In this document: positions 1 to 13,819 of the stretch, in pieces
How the letters are laid out: each line of letters begins with the position of its first letter
Numbering within the stretch: the stretch's first letter is position 1
From: the human T2T-CHM13v2.0 reference genome, Homo sapiens
Assembly (NCBI RefSeq): GCF_009914755.1
Contig: NC_060933.1
Length of the DNA stretch: 64,000 bases
Reading direction: 5' to 3' (one strand)
Notes under the pieces: model-generated
Databases searched by the model: none
Seen by the model: only the letters and a program-made list of their open reading frames with translations
What the model was told of the DNA's origin: nothing
Program-made: the position numbers and the translations under genes

Positions 1-120
1 CTATATTTTAATAAGCACTCCAGGTAATTCTTAAAGTGAGACACAAATTATTTTTGAGAAACACTATGATAAAGAAAAATCCAACTAAAGAGTTAAGCTG
101 AGGCCGGATGTAGTGGCTGA

Positions 121-426
121 GGCCAGGCATGGTGGCTCACGCTTGTAATCCCAGCATAATGGGAGGCCGAGGCAGGCAGATCACCTAAGGTCAAGAGTTC
201 GAGACCAACCTGGCCAACATGGTGAAGCCCCGTCTCTACTAAAAATACAAAAATTAGCTGGTGTGGTGGCGTGTGCCTGTAGTCCCACCTACTCAGGAGG
301 CTGAGGCAGGAGAATCACTTGAGCCTGGGAGACGGAGGTTGCAGTGAGTCAAGGTCATGCCACTGCACTCTAGCCTGGGCAACAAAGCAAGACTCTGCCT
401 CAAAAAAAAAAAAAAAAAAAAAAAAA
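121..426 (+). mobile_element. AluS
   Basis: Full dimer with poly(A). Confidence 0.95.
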
Positions 427-1310
427 GAGAGAGATAAGCTCCTTCTGCAAGAATGCCAAATTTAAATTAGCCATGACCCCAAAAACTGCCAGGTATTAAC
501 TTGCTATCATCTATATTCTTATTTAATTACAATCTTGTGACATTCACTGATTTTGGCTCTTAGTAAGTTAGAAGTTCATTTATCAGAAAAATCAATTAAA
601 ATGTCTAAATGCCTTTTTGATACCATGATATAGGAAGTTGCTGACTCATATCTATAAATAAAAATCTTACAAGTAAATCACATAGGAAGTTAATTTCAAA
701 GGGCTCCAAAATGTGAGACCACCGTTGGTAAGATTCTACCGTAAAAGTTCAAAACCAAAAAGCGATTAGTATGGTATCAGGTACATATAAACACTCGCTG
801 CATAGTACCTGTATATTATCATAAAAAATACCAGTAAAAATCTTTGGGCCACCACTTTCAAGATGACTTTTTAATGGCACACTTGTCTAGCTAACCCCCA
901 CATTGATTTCTGCTTCAGGTAAATCACAAATGATTCTCAATTAGTGACAAAGAATGTTGTTCATAAATTTAAAAGTATCTTGTCCCTAAGTTTGGTTTTG
1001 TTTCAATAAAATTGTTACTTACCTACTATTTGTCTAGGGAGACTCTGAGTTTGCCTTCTGTGTAGTCAGAAGACGATAATGTCATATCTGGTCCTCCAAA
1101 TGCAGGCAGCCCCAGAGCCCGGAGTGACATGAGCTCAATTTTAAACAAAGATGGCGCCCATCCAGTCAACTTGGCGATAGTGTGGGCTAATCAGCTTGGG
1201 CCACCTAGCTTGTTTTTCCATTTGCAAAGTAAGGTTTTATTCTAAAACACATTAGAAACACGTTTTGGCAACAAGTTTTTCTCTCTGGTTCCAAAATCCT
1301 ACTGTCGGCC

Positions 1311-1348
1311 GCGTTGGTGGTATAGTGGTGAGCATAGCTGCCTTCCAA
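1311..1348 (+). pseudogene. 5'-half tRNA-Gly(TCC) tailless retropseudogene
   Basis: GCGTTGGTGGTATAGTGGTGAGCATAGCTGCCTTCCAA equals tRNA-Gly-TCC from its 5' end through the anticodon loop; flanked by 17 bp direct repeats 1289-1305 and 1343-1359 (1 mismatch). Confidence 0.9.
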
Positions 1349-2029
1349 AATTCTACTGTTTACCATAGTTTTTAATCTCCAGGAAAAATATAAACATTGG
1401 GTTTTATGTGAGATTCTTCGCATAAGTGGCTCAAGTTCAAGCATTTTTGACATTCTAAAAAGCCCTCCTAAGAGTTAAATCATAGCTTTTGGAATCAGTC
1501 CCACAACTAGAATATCTCCTTTTTAAGCACATTCAAACATTTGAGGGTCTACAGTAAGTGCAAGGTGTTAAGCAGGTAAAACAGATTTAGCCAGTGCAAT
1601 GAAGAATTAAATGTTTTATAGCAGAAAAAAAGACATGGTTCAATATGTGTACAAAAAAGGGGAAGAAACCAGCCCTACATGGACTCAGTCAGGGGTGGTG
1701 GTAGTGGTGGATGAAATATACACATGTTAAACACACTTTACAGCCTATAGAAGACTGGCTGAGAAAAGTCAATTAAAGATTAGCACCACAGACACAAGGA
1801 AGCATCAGTGTGTTAGCCACAAAAGTCTCTAGCCATAAGTCTCTTTTCCATTTTGGAAGTAACTCACCATAGAAAATAGCCATACAGGAGAAGTTAAAAG
1901 ACAGCAACTGGGTGAATGGATTTCTGTATCGTACATGCTAAAGCAATATTCCATTTAGTTTAATATTATCTTTAGTGGCCACATACAGTGCACAGTACAG
2001 TGCTGTAGATGATGCTAGTCATATTCAGA

Positions 2030-2665
2030 GGGCATGACCTTCAAGGCCAATCTCCACTCCAAAATCCATCACTCTGCCATCTTCTGGATCTCAGTAAAAG
2101 GCACTACCATCAGTCTAAAGCAAACACCCAGGTGACTCCTTGACTCTTTCACCACCCCCACCACCACATCTAATCCATCAGCAAACCCTTTGCTATCACC
2201 TCAGTCGAAGCCCGCATCATCTCTCAGAGACAAGGGAGCAGCAGCCCCCCTCACTACTCTCCTTGCTTGTATTCATGCTACCCTACAAAATTCATTTGCC
2301 TCCAAATAACCACAAGAGACATTGAGATATAAACATCAGAATCTCACTCCTCTGTTTAAAATCATCCAATGGCTTCCCATGGAATTAATAAGAGCCAATA
2401 ACATTATGGAACTTATGAAACTCATGAGTAGCCTACAAGGCCTCATAAGATCCAGCCAGTTATTAACCTCCCAACCCCCCTCTGCCTCTTCATTCCTCTG
2501 CTCTAGTCCCAGTCTTCCCAAACACAGGAATACTGGTTCTTTCTTGCTCAAGGCCTTTGCACTTGCTGTTCCCTCTATGCATGAAACACTCTTCTCCCAC
2601 ATCCTTGCACAGCTGACGGTCTCGCAGATATCTGATGGGCCTCCCCTGACCACCCAATCTAAAGC
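2030..2665. mobile_element. L2 LINE remnant
   Basis: TCACTCCTCTGTTTAAAATCATCCAATGGCTTCCCA...GGCCTTTGCACTTGCTGTTCCCTCT motifs. Confidence 0.7.
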
Positions 2666-2875
2666 AGCAGGGAGGTTCTCAGTCATCACTTTTCAATAAA
2701 AGATACTTTGTAATTCATGAGAAACCTTGAACTAAGTTTAAACTATACAACTAGTAGCCAGATTTGATCCAATGATACTTATGATCTCAAAAAACATGGA
2801 AAGCAGGGATCTGCCAAAGTTCAGTTTCAGTCTCTATACTCAGCCAAAATCTGGTGGCTGTCTGGCTTTGGCTTT

Positions 2876-3189
<314 letters not shown>

Positions 3190-4283
3190 TAAAAATGAGG
3201 ACAAAAGTATAAACAAGAGTACCCCATGAAAAAAGAAAAATGCTATTAAAAGCTGGGGTTTTTTTTGTTTCAAAATAAGAATAATTGCTAAAGGCGGCCA
3301 ACAATTTTTAGTAATTGAAGAGTAAGGATCTTTGAGGCTTGCCAAGCTATGAATCCCAGGTACAAGGTTCCTTCCAGAAAACCATCTACCAGAAACTTTC
3401 CTGAATTCTGCTTTGTCCAAAAATGTTACCAATGACGCTGTGTGCCAGTTGAGATGATACTACACATGTGACATAGTGACCACAGGAGTAACCTAGCAGC
3501 CGGTAGTGCCCACAAAGTATTTTTCCTATATTAAAATTCCAAACTTCTAAAATCTGACTACTAAAATGCAATACAATTACTATCGTGAAAAATGTTTAAT
3601 AAAATTTGAGATTTACTTTTGTATCCCAGAATTTACATTTTATGATGGTGATATTTAGCTTGGGGACCTCAATGATCTGAACACTTAACCATTTGACTTT
3701 GGGTTCAAATTCATATACAGTGGACTTCTAAAAAAGGAACAGTATGAAGTATACACAAAAACACTGAAAATGAAAAATCAAACTCAGAAAACTTTCCCTA
3801 CTTGAGAACAATACTTAACTTTCGACAGTCTACAATTTGTATCAAGACCCTACTTATGAACCAATGTAGAGCTGTAAGACAAAAATCCCTACCTTATTTT
3901 ACAATTCCTACGACAGAGGTGAGGCAGACAGTGACAGAATACACTAAACAGCAACCACTGAGCCTCGGCATGAGTCACAGAGCTGTCCATGTACAAAGAC
4001 AGCAGACCAAGCACCTCCCGTCTTCCCTACACCCTTCCTATACACAGCTCTGTTGCGCTTGGCACTATTACTGCTAAACCAAAATTACAGTTCAGTGATC
4101 AGTTAAGTCACTAAGAGGAAATTCCATCCGTGGAAATGCCGGCGCCTCAACATTTATGAAGGATATATTCTGAGACAGGATCATCCAATTCCTAAAAACT
4201 ACTATAGCATATAATTTATCCCCCAAAATTAATTTAAAGCAACAGATATAGCCATGTTAAGATGCAAATGCTCACTCACCAGC

Positions 4284-4442
4284 TCAAGGGTTCTCAGCCC
4301 AGGATGTACATCAGAATCACCTGGAGAGCTTACAGAAACTCTGGAGCAGGTTAACTAAGGGATGGAATCCGGACATCACATTTGGTTTGTTTTTATAAAC
4401 CCATGCAGATTTCTCAGGTGCAGCCAGGGTTAAGAACGTCTG
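4284..4442. mobile_element. MER5B-like DNA transposon remnant
   Basis: GGTTCTCAGCCC...CATCAGAATCACCTGG...GCAGCCAGGGTTAAGAAC. Confidence 0.65.
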
Positions 4443-4846
4443 CACTAGTTAAATGACTTGTGCCAGCACACAGGCTTTAATTGAATGAAGTGGTCACAAC
4501 CAAACTTTGCTGCTAAACAGAGCTGAATTGAGTCCACTAAGTACCAGCTATGCATCTTTAGGAAAATTGACATGTTTGAACCCGAATCCTCACCTGTAAA
4601 ATGGGGAAACACCAAAAGCGTGGCTGTGAAGAAGAAAGTAACGCATATAATGCGCTTTGCACAGTGTCAGGCACTGAATACAAGCAACTAATAATCATCA
4701 GTAATGTGACTAATCCCTTCATGCCATAGATGGTCCAGTTCCTGGCAAGTAGCTAAAACTGTAAATGTTAAATCCCTGAATGCACGACCATGGGCAAGAT
4801 AATTCCCTCCCATCTTCCTCTAACCACTGGCCTGGTTATAGCTTAC

Positions 4847-4909
4847 CTGTTCTAGCGACAACTGGTACTTCAGTTTCCAGTGCTGTCAACCTGGTGTCTT
4901 TCATGGTCA
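4847..4909 (-). other. TSC1: TSC1 exon 2 (63 nt, 5'UTR)
   Basis: ttttcttccttcag|TGACCATGAAAGACACC...GCTAGAACAG|gtaagc; canonical splice sites; matches recalled TSC1 5'UTR. Confidence 0.95.
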
Positions 4910-5184
4910 CTGAAGGAAGAAAACATATGTACAATGAAGCAAAATCCCAGATGTAATCAAAAGCGGGTTAGGGGTTCATCTGGCACAAGCTTCTTCCTCC
5001 TCTATCCCTGACAGGTGGCCACCACGTTTCCACTGGAATGAACACTCATAATCATTGGAAGCACGTGCCTCTCCCCGTCTACATTTCTGAACAGCTGGTT
5101 GCTGGAAAATTCTTTATATTGTGCTGAACTTGTAATCTCTGTCTTTTGTTAATGTCTGTTAGAGGTATAAATGAATGGGCAGGA

Positions 5185-5370
5185 TAGGCCCTAGAATTAG
5201 AGAGTTCCGGGTTAAAATCCAAGCTCTGCAACTTATTAGCTGTGTAACATTTAGCTATTTATCTTAAGTCTCCAATGTCTAACCGTAAGTTACCTCGTCT
5301 GTAAAGTTAGAATAATGATGGCATCAAGCTCACAAGGCTTGTGGGGATTACATGAGATGATGCATTCCAT
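5185..5370 (+). mobile_element. MIR SINE
   Basis: GGGTTAAAATCCAAGCTCTGCAACTTATTAGCTGTGT...CCTCGTCTGTAAAG. Confidence 0.65.
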
Positions 5371-5917
5371 TGCCCTCGGCACAGCACGGGGCACACCGAA
5401 GTTACTGGAGGAGCCATGTGAGGCAGGTCCAGGACAGTGAGAGGCACAAAGCACTGAGTGGGCCTGCAGGGCCTCACCGCCTGCCACAGTCCCCACAGTC
5501 CTCACCCCTCCCCAACCCTCCCCACCACCTTGACTCACTGGCCTTTCAGTTCCTTGGCTAAGCCACATGCTCCCCATTCCTGAGCCTAAGAGAGTCTACC
5601 TTTGGCTCCTCCTAAACTCACTCTTCATCCTTAAAATCTCAGCTTAAATGCTCACTTCCTCAGAGAAGACCTCCTAGGCCTCTACTTGCCTCCCACTTCC
5701 ACCTTCCAGACTAGGTCAGGTCCCCTGTTATACTCTTGCAGCCTATATTTCTTGTGTCACTTACCACAACCCAATTAAATAAGCTTGATTGATTACTGAA
5801 CATGCCTCCTTCACTAGGAGTTATATCCAGGGAGAGACCGCAGCTTACTCAGTACTGTATTTCAAGCAGCTACCATGCTGTCTGGCACTTCTTGATTGAA
5901 TGACTAGAAGTTAAAAT

Positions 5918-6230
<313 letters not shown>

Positions 6231-6956
6231 AGTATTTCTTAAATAAATGTGCAAAGCCTAATTCTGCCTTCAGGCAGCATGACTTAAGTTTACTACAAAA
6301 GAGACATAAAATGTTTGTGAACAGCTATCATTTTTCTATTTTCTTCCCCCTTTTACCCTACTTTCTGTCCAAATTAACTTGTATTAAATATCCATGCTAA
6401 ATGAGTATATATAAATACATTTTTGTTTGCTTTTAAAATATGGGTCCTTCAAACTATATTTAGGTACAATCTGATCACTAGATGGTAAACTCCATGAGGA
6501 CAGGAACCATCTGGGACACCTAGGGCCTATCCTGGCACCTGGCACACAAGAGGCAAAAACACCCTGCTCAGAACTGGTAAGATTTAATCAGCTTCTTTGG
6601 CAGCCATTCCAGAGTTGAATAGAGTATGAAAGCTGAGCCTCATATACTATGGACACCTAATTACCCTAAACATGGAAAAAACTTGAACCAAGTTCTTAAA
6701 TGTACGACCATGGCCAAAGTCAAACTAGTGGACTGAGGAACTCTCTAACAATTAAAATCGCTTGTTCCAGATGACAGAGTAATTATATTTCCACGTGGAA
6801 CACATTCCAGACATTAAACTCCACTGGTCTCTTCAGTGGCACCTGCAAGCCTGTGAACAGTGCTGCAGGCAGGCTGGCCCTCCAGAAAAGAGGGATCATA
6901 CCATTCTGACAGGGAGTGCTTGCCTGGCCACACTCACTGCAAGTCACAGGGCTTGA

Positions 6957-7280
<324 letters not shown>

Positions 7281-7519
7281 AGTGCAAGAGCCTCTAATCT
7301 TAAAATCAGAATCTTAAAATAAGCAGTTAGTCCAGTGAGTCATATAGACTTCCTCTTGCGACTAATCCCGGTTGGACATTTTACCTGAAAAGAAATATCT
7401 AAGGCAAGGGTAAAATTAGGATCTACGTTAGATGAGATCCTGTAGACTGCCCAGCCACAACCCATCCTACATAAAGGCCCTACTCTAGGAAAGCAGAGTG
7501 GTTTTGTTGTTGGTGGTTG

Positions 7520-7829
<310 letters not shown>

Positions 7830-9613
7830 AAGCAGAGTGTTTTTGTCCAATGCTCAATGTTAAGACTTTTAATTTCTTTATTACTGCACTAAAAATGATA
7901 ATGGTACTAAATTGGTAGCAATTTTATGTTGGTATGTCAAAGGCTACCTACTATTCTACTCTTATTTATATTTTTAAGTGTTTATTGACTTATTCATTTG
8001 TATTTCAATCCTGTCCTATGGGGGTACTACAAGGCATAATCACTCTGGTCAGTAAAGTGAGATGTGATCTGTGAACCTCCTGAGGGGAAGGGAGGAATGC
8101 AGATGGAAACACCTGGCAGAGCAGAACACCAGTGTCAATCCACGTCCTTATCTTCGAAAGCCAAATTTAAAAAGAAACCTGCCTCCAGATCTAGACTTTT
8201 TTCCCTTTCATATTTGACCCAAAAGTTGTGTTCTCACTTATGTTCATCATTATAACTTCACTTCTATAAGCAATCTTTCTGAATAAAATGTAGGTTTGAG
8301 GAAGAAGATAAGGGCTCTGTGTTTAAGTATTTTGAGATGAAACAGAAGGCACATAGATCAATCTGTTTTCACTGTTCATCTTAACTAATATCATTCTTTA
8401 GGTGTTTACAGACGGATGGCTTATATGCCTAGGATTACACATGAACTCTAGCCTAACAGCCATGGACAGCTGTCATTAGCAGGACCCGTACGCCATTTTT
8501 TTCACATATCTCTGCCCTAGCCAAGATGCATTATGAGCTGTGAGAGAGCCAAGAGTACACACAAACCTTTTGAAAATACTAGTGGCAGATACCTAAGATG
8601 TCTTTAGAATGGATTTATCTGAAATTACAGGTGAATATTCGAATTTTTCAAAAACAAGTGCTGTGATATGTGGCCTAGACACTACCCTCTACGACTCCTC
8701 AGGACTGTATGTAACATAAAATAGGTGACCGCATATCAATTTGCCTAAGATAATTTTGTACACATTTGTCTATGATGTAAAAATGTACTGCATGTGTAAA
8801 TGAAGGCAGATGTCTCTTCACTATAACTTGTTTCCTATATTCAATTTTTTATCCATAAAAATTCAAGGACAATTCAGACACAGGTCCAGGCATGGATAGA
8901 CTATTTTATTATCAGGTACAGTTAGATAGAGCAGAAATGTTACACTGTTAAGTTAATGTTCCGCTCTGGCTCAGGAACTCTCAGGTGACTTCTTAGGGTA
9001 ATATTCTATCAAGTGAACCAAGACGCCTTCAGCACAAATGCATCTAAAAAGGGTAAGATACTTGCTCCCATTCTCTCTTCCTATCAGTGCCTAGAAGGAA
9101 GGAAAAAAGGGTAGGAAATAACTACTTACTATGTGAGAGTAAAACAGCTGATGGTAAAACCTGCCAACATGTGTAGTCATGTGTGATTGAATAGGTCTTA
9201 GTAGTTGGAGTCCCTCTCAAGGACAAACTGGGGCAGGAGAGCTCCAACTTGCCAGATTCTCCATTCAGAATTTCTGCCATCAGGGGCCTTGATGGATGGT
9301 TTGCTAAAGCTTATAGCCTATCCCAAAGGTGAAGAATCTTCTAGTAACTTAAGTGTAAGGCCAGAGCTTAATTTTGGTAAGGCGTATCTCTTCAATAAAT
9401 AATGCTTACGTTTTGACTTTCTATTAACATGAACAACATTATTTACTAAGATAATACAGGCCAAACAGATACCATGTATATTTCAAAAAGACACTACGCA
9501 GAGCTTCTCCTAAAAGAGATACAAGCAAACTGTGAGATATCTTTAGGTTTCAGGTTTATAGGACCAAAATAGAAGTATTCTAGGGAAGAAGGGTATAGTT
9601 TGATAGTCTAGGG

Positions 9614-9772
9614 CAGTGGTTCTCAAAATGTGGTCCTGGCACCACGAGCAGGAGCCTGGGTATTTGTTAGAAATGTAAATTCTCAGGCCTTTCACCAGAT
9701 CTCGGAATTGGATACTTTGGGGGTGGGGCCTTCTAGGTAATTCTGACGTCCACTAAAGGTTCAGAACCACTG
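9614..9772. mobile_element. MER5A hAT-Charlie DNA transposon
   Basis: TIRs CAGTGGTTCTCAAA / TTCAGAACCACTG; 8 bp TSD GTCTAGGG/GTCTAGGA. Confidence 0.85.
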
Positions 9773-12700
9773 GTCTAGGAAAAAGAAGGATGAAGGTAAA
9801 AAACATTCATTCATTAATATACCTCCTTTGAGGTTCAAAAGGAAAAAAATATATAGAGTGCATAAACCTTGGGGAAAAGGCCCAGTGGAATTCTGCCAGG
9901 TGCTAAAGGTACCAGCACAGACCGAATGCCAAGCCTGACAAGCACGTAGCAGGTTACATACCTGGGTACACTACAGAAATTTAACAAAGTAATTTATAAC
10001 CCAGACAGTACATAAGGCCACCTTCTGACTTGGGCCTTTCCTGACTACTAGTTAAAAAAAAAAAAAAGTTTTTTAATAAAGCCTAAGTCCATTTTTAGAG
10101 CAGTAATCTATCTAAAATGATCAGCTGGGTTTCAAGCTGCGTCCATAAATTACCTGAAGCCATATCCAAAATCCCATGTCTGTATGAATTTTTTTGGTGA
10201 TGATGGGACATAAAGGGTAGAAGAGAAATTTGGTCCATAGCTTCCCACAGATTTTCAGAGGGCAACTGAGTCCACACACCTTCCCACCACCACCAAAGTT
10301 AAGAACCACTGACCTGACCTGTGAGTTAATTTATGAGGTCAGCAGATGAAGCAGTTTATCACAGTGGAAGACTAAATGTTTGGGCTGTGGAGTCAACCAA
10401 AAAGGTTCATATCCCAGCTTAGCCACTGAATAAGTGACTATAGGCAACTTACTCTAAGCCTGCTTCCTCTTCCTATCCTGCCTCTTAAGGCTGTAAGAAG
10501 TTAATGGGGTATCAGACATGTAAAATACCACAGTGTTTGGCACATGAGTACTCAAAAAATATAAACTTTATTATAACAATATTACTACTTCACAAAAATG
10601 GATTGCTGGGTACATAATGCTTAGCAGTCTATCCATTTAACAACTGGTATTTGAAACATTGATACAACCATTGTATAACTTAAAATGGATACAGTTCAAG
10701 TTTGTTACTATGCTCTGTGAACTACTCAAAGTAGCAGAGTCTTAATGATTGCAGACATTAAGGTCACTGCCTCTGTTCTTCCTACAGCTCCCCTCTGTGT
10801 CTTCCATCACATCACCCACAGAAGGGCAAAACTGTCCTTTGTTACTCCAACACTTCTGGGCCTCTACTGCCATCATATTTACTTAAGAGAGTGACCTGTG
10901 AGTTGTAGGGCAGTAACTACTATGCTTTATTTTGGACTAAAGCATGGTTTTTAAGACATTTTACTTATTAGATGTAAATCTGAATTCATTCAACCGTAAA
11001 AAGTATTGTTATCTTTTGCTGATTCCATGTTCATAATAAAAGTTAGCACTGAACGAGAGAAAGGACAAGAAGAAACTGACAAGGTCCTGAGACAGTGTAT
11101 TTTATACACAGTATATAAAATTTGCATTTTTATTCTCTCCCATGAAAACAGACATAAAGTTACTAATTTCTAGCAACTACAGTCTTAAAAAGTAAACCAG
11201 AGAAAGAATAATCTCAAACTGCTGACAGTTTACCTCTTTCAGATGAATTTAAATGGAGAATGAGTATTTCATGCTACCCAAATTATATTAGTTACCAATT
11301 CATGATCTGAGGTTAAAAAAAACAAACTCAGTGTTTGAGTGTATACTACATATACACATTTCAAGCAAACAGCCACAGATTTTAACGCTATTAAGTACAC
11401 TTTTCTTTCACGCCTTCAGCTACTTAAATGACAAAACCAATGCAAAGACTAACCTTTCAGAGATTTATAATATGGGAAACTTATAGGGAATTACCTTTTC
11501 AAAGAGTATTATGATGTAAAGGAAAGGATAAATGATAAACAGATCTTCACCCAACAGGGTAGGCTCAAAGTCACCAATTTGCTTGGTTTTTATAAAACCA
11601 TTAACAGGTTGACTCAATCGATTTAGTCAGAATATTTAAATGACACCCCAAAGGACTTTAAATCACAGAAATGTAGGCCTAGAAATACTCATTAATTTAC
11701 ATTCCAACTTTTACTTCACAGATGAAGACACAGGCTCACAGAACTTAAGTGACCCACTGAAGGTCAAAAGCTATCTGACTCTCTAGAAAAGCCTGAAATG
11801 GTTGAGATATTGCTATATTTGGCTCATCGGCATTCAAGAATATCCAATTAATTCCAGGAAAAGCTAATTTTAGTTCACTATGGCCCTGGAACCCAGAAAT
11901 AAACATACCTGTAGCCAAACAAACTTCAAATGAAGACAGAGCTATAAGAACAAGTCAGCTCTAATTCAGAGCCCAAAATTCACCCACCACTACACAAATA
12001 AAAGGCTACAAGCTATTTTAAGAAATACCTCTGTGATAAATAATAAATGAAAATAGCCAGAATGATACTTGAAGCCAGTGGTCCTCAACCTCCGGTGCAC
12101 ATAAGAATCAGTCTTCTTCCAAAATATATATACAAGGTGTCCGAATATGTAGGTCTACCTAGTATAGTGCCAAATATCTGTACATCAAGGTTCTCATGAG
12201 CACTAGGGTTTCAGATCTCGTTTCCACCAAGTTCATTATTCTGCAAACATTACATATAGAGGTATATATTAGATTTGCCCTAGTAAGACTGTTAAGTTTC
12301 ATCTCACGAATGAAACCAGGCATGCACAGAAGGCATCATATTACACCACAACAGTAGCAGTATCAGTTTTTACTCTTAACCCAGTGAGGAAGAGGACAAC
12401 TGAGTCACAGGACCTGAAGCACTCTAATTTTATGGAAACAAGAAGGCTGGTAGCCACCTGCTTTCTAACCAGGAATTTAGGAACGTACCAAGTGTTTATG
12501 ACACCAGGAAATGCATGCAGCAGAGAAAGTTTACATCATCTGCCCTTCTAGGCACGTGATATAAGAGTGTTTTGGATAAGATATTAACTTTAGTAAGAGG
12601 ATATTTTCCGTTTACATCTTCTATAAATACCCCTTAAGTTTACACCAGGTGGTTAGAGGAAGATTCTGCAGCTCCCTAGGGCAATAGCAAAGAATGTTTC

Positions 12701-13319
12701 ACTGTTTCTGAGGAGCCTCATTTGCCTGATGCATGACTGTTAAAGGTGCATTTCCCTACACAACCCTAAATCAGTTTTCACATTTGCATATTCCAGATTT
12801 ACTCAGGAATGTTCAATTTAAGAATCACAGGTGGTTGCTCGGTAAATCAAAGGCTCCCCAAAGATTAGGTTTTATAATGCTTCCTGAAATTTACAGCTCC
12901 ACTTTGCCGGCCTGTTTGAATTCAGATGACTCCAAGTTGATCCCAAAATTATAAATCAAAGTATCTCAGAAGAGTATTATTCTATTTTAGCACTTTTATA
13001 GCTTACTCTATGCAACGTGAAGTGTTATTTGTATGCTTTCTATTTAAAAAAAAAAAAAAAGCCAGCAAGGATTTTAGCAGGACTTCTTTCTTCAGTAAAC
13101 TCATCAGTTTTATTAAACTATCAAATACTTTTTAGCCTAATTTAGACTAACAAGTTCACATGCACAACACTGCCATCCCAAACAAAAGCTAAGGCGGATA
13201 AGCCAAGTGCATCCCCCCACTTCAACATTAAACAGACACACGTGCATAAACCTTGGCTAAATGATAAATTTTAATCACTTACAGGCCAGCTTTGATCAAA
13301 TAACAGATAAATTTAAGAG

Positions 13320-13558
13320 TCATATCTTTGGAGTCAGTCAGATCCCAGCAGTTCCAGTCCTGGCTCAGATACAATTGGGGTGTGAACTTAGGCAAAGTAC
13401 CCTGCTCTCTCCGGGCCTCAGTTTCTTCATTTGAGAAGATTGGAGGTGTTAACAGTGGCTGCCTCTTCTCTTTGTCGTGAGGACCAAAGGAGATAATGAC
13501 TGCCAAGCACTTTCACAGTGCCTGGCACACAGAGAGCACTCCATTAACGTTAGCTGTT
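13320..13558 (+). mobile_element. MIR SINE
   Basis: TGTGAACTTAGGCAAAGT...GGCCTCAGTTTCTTCATTTG...CACAGTGCCTGGCACACAG core. Confidence 0.75.
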
Positions 13559-13819
13559 GTTCTTAGGAGGACCGCGTCCCCTCCCAAGTCCTCACCACAC
13601 ATCCAAAACACACAAAGCAAAACTCTTTAACAGGAAACACAAAGAAAGAGCTTTAATTCTACAAGGTCCCTCCGATTGCAGGCTCTTCATCCTCCAGTTC
13701 CTCAAATGAATGAATGAACGCCTAGGAGGGGCTCTGCAAATAGCTGTCTCTTAGGAATCCCCTTTGCCCACTTTAAGGTAACTGTCTTTCACCACCAATT
13801 AAACACCCACAAGTACACC

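Noticed and set aside
98-126. Duplicated Alu head (GGCCGGATGTAGTGGCTGA before the Alu)
   Set aside because: Short slippage duplication at an Alu 5' end; no functional implication visible
1311-1348. Functional tRNA-Gly gene
   Set aside because: Lacks the 3' half (T arm/B box, acceptor strand) and a Pol III terminator
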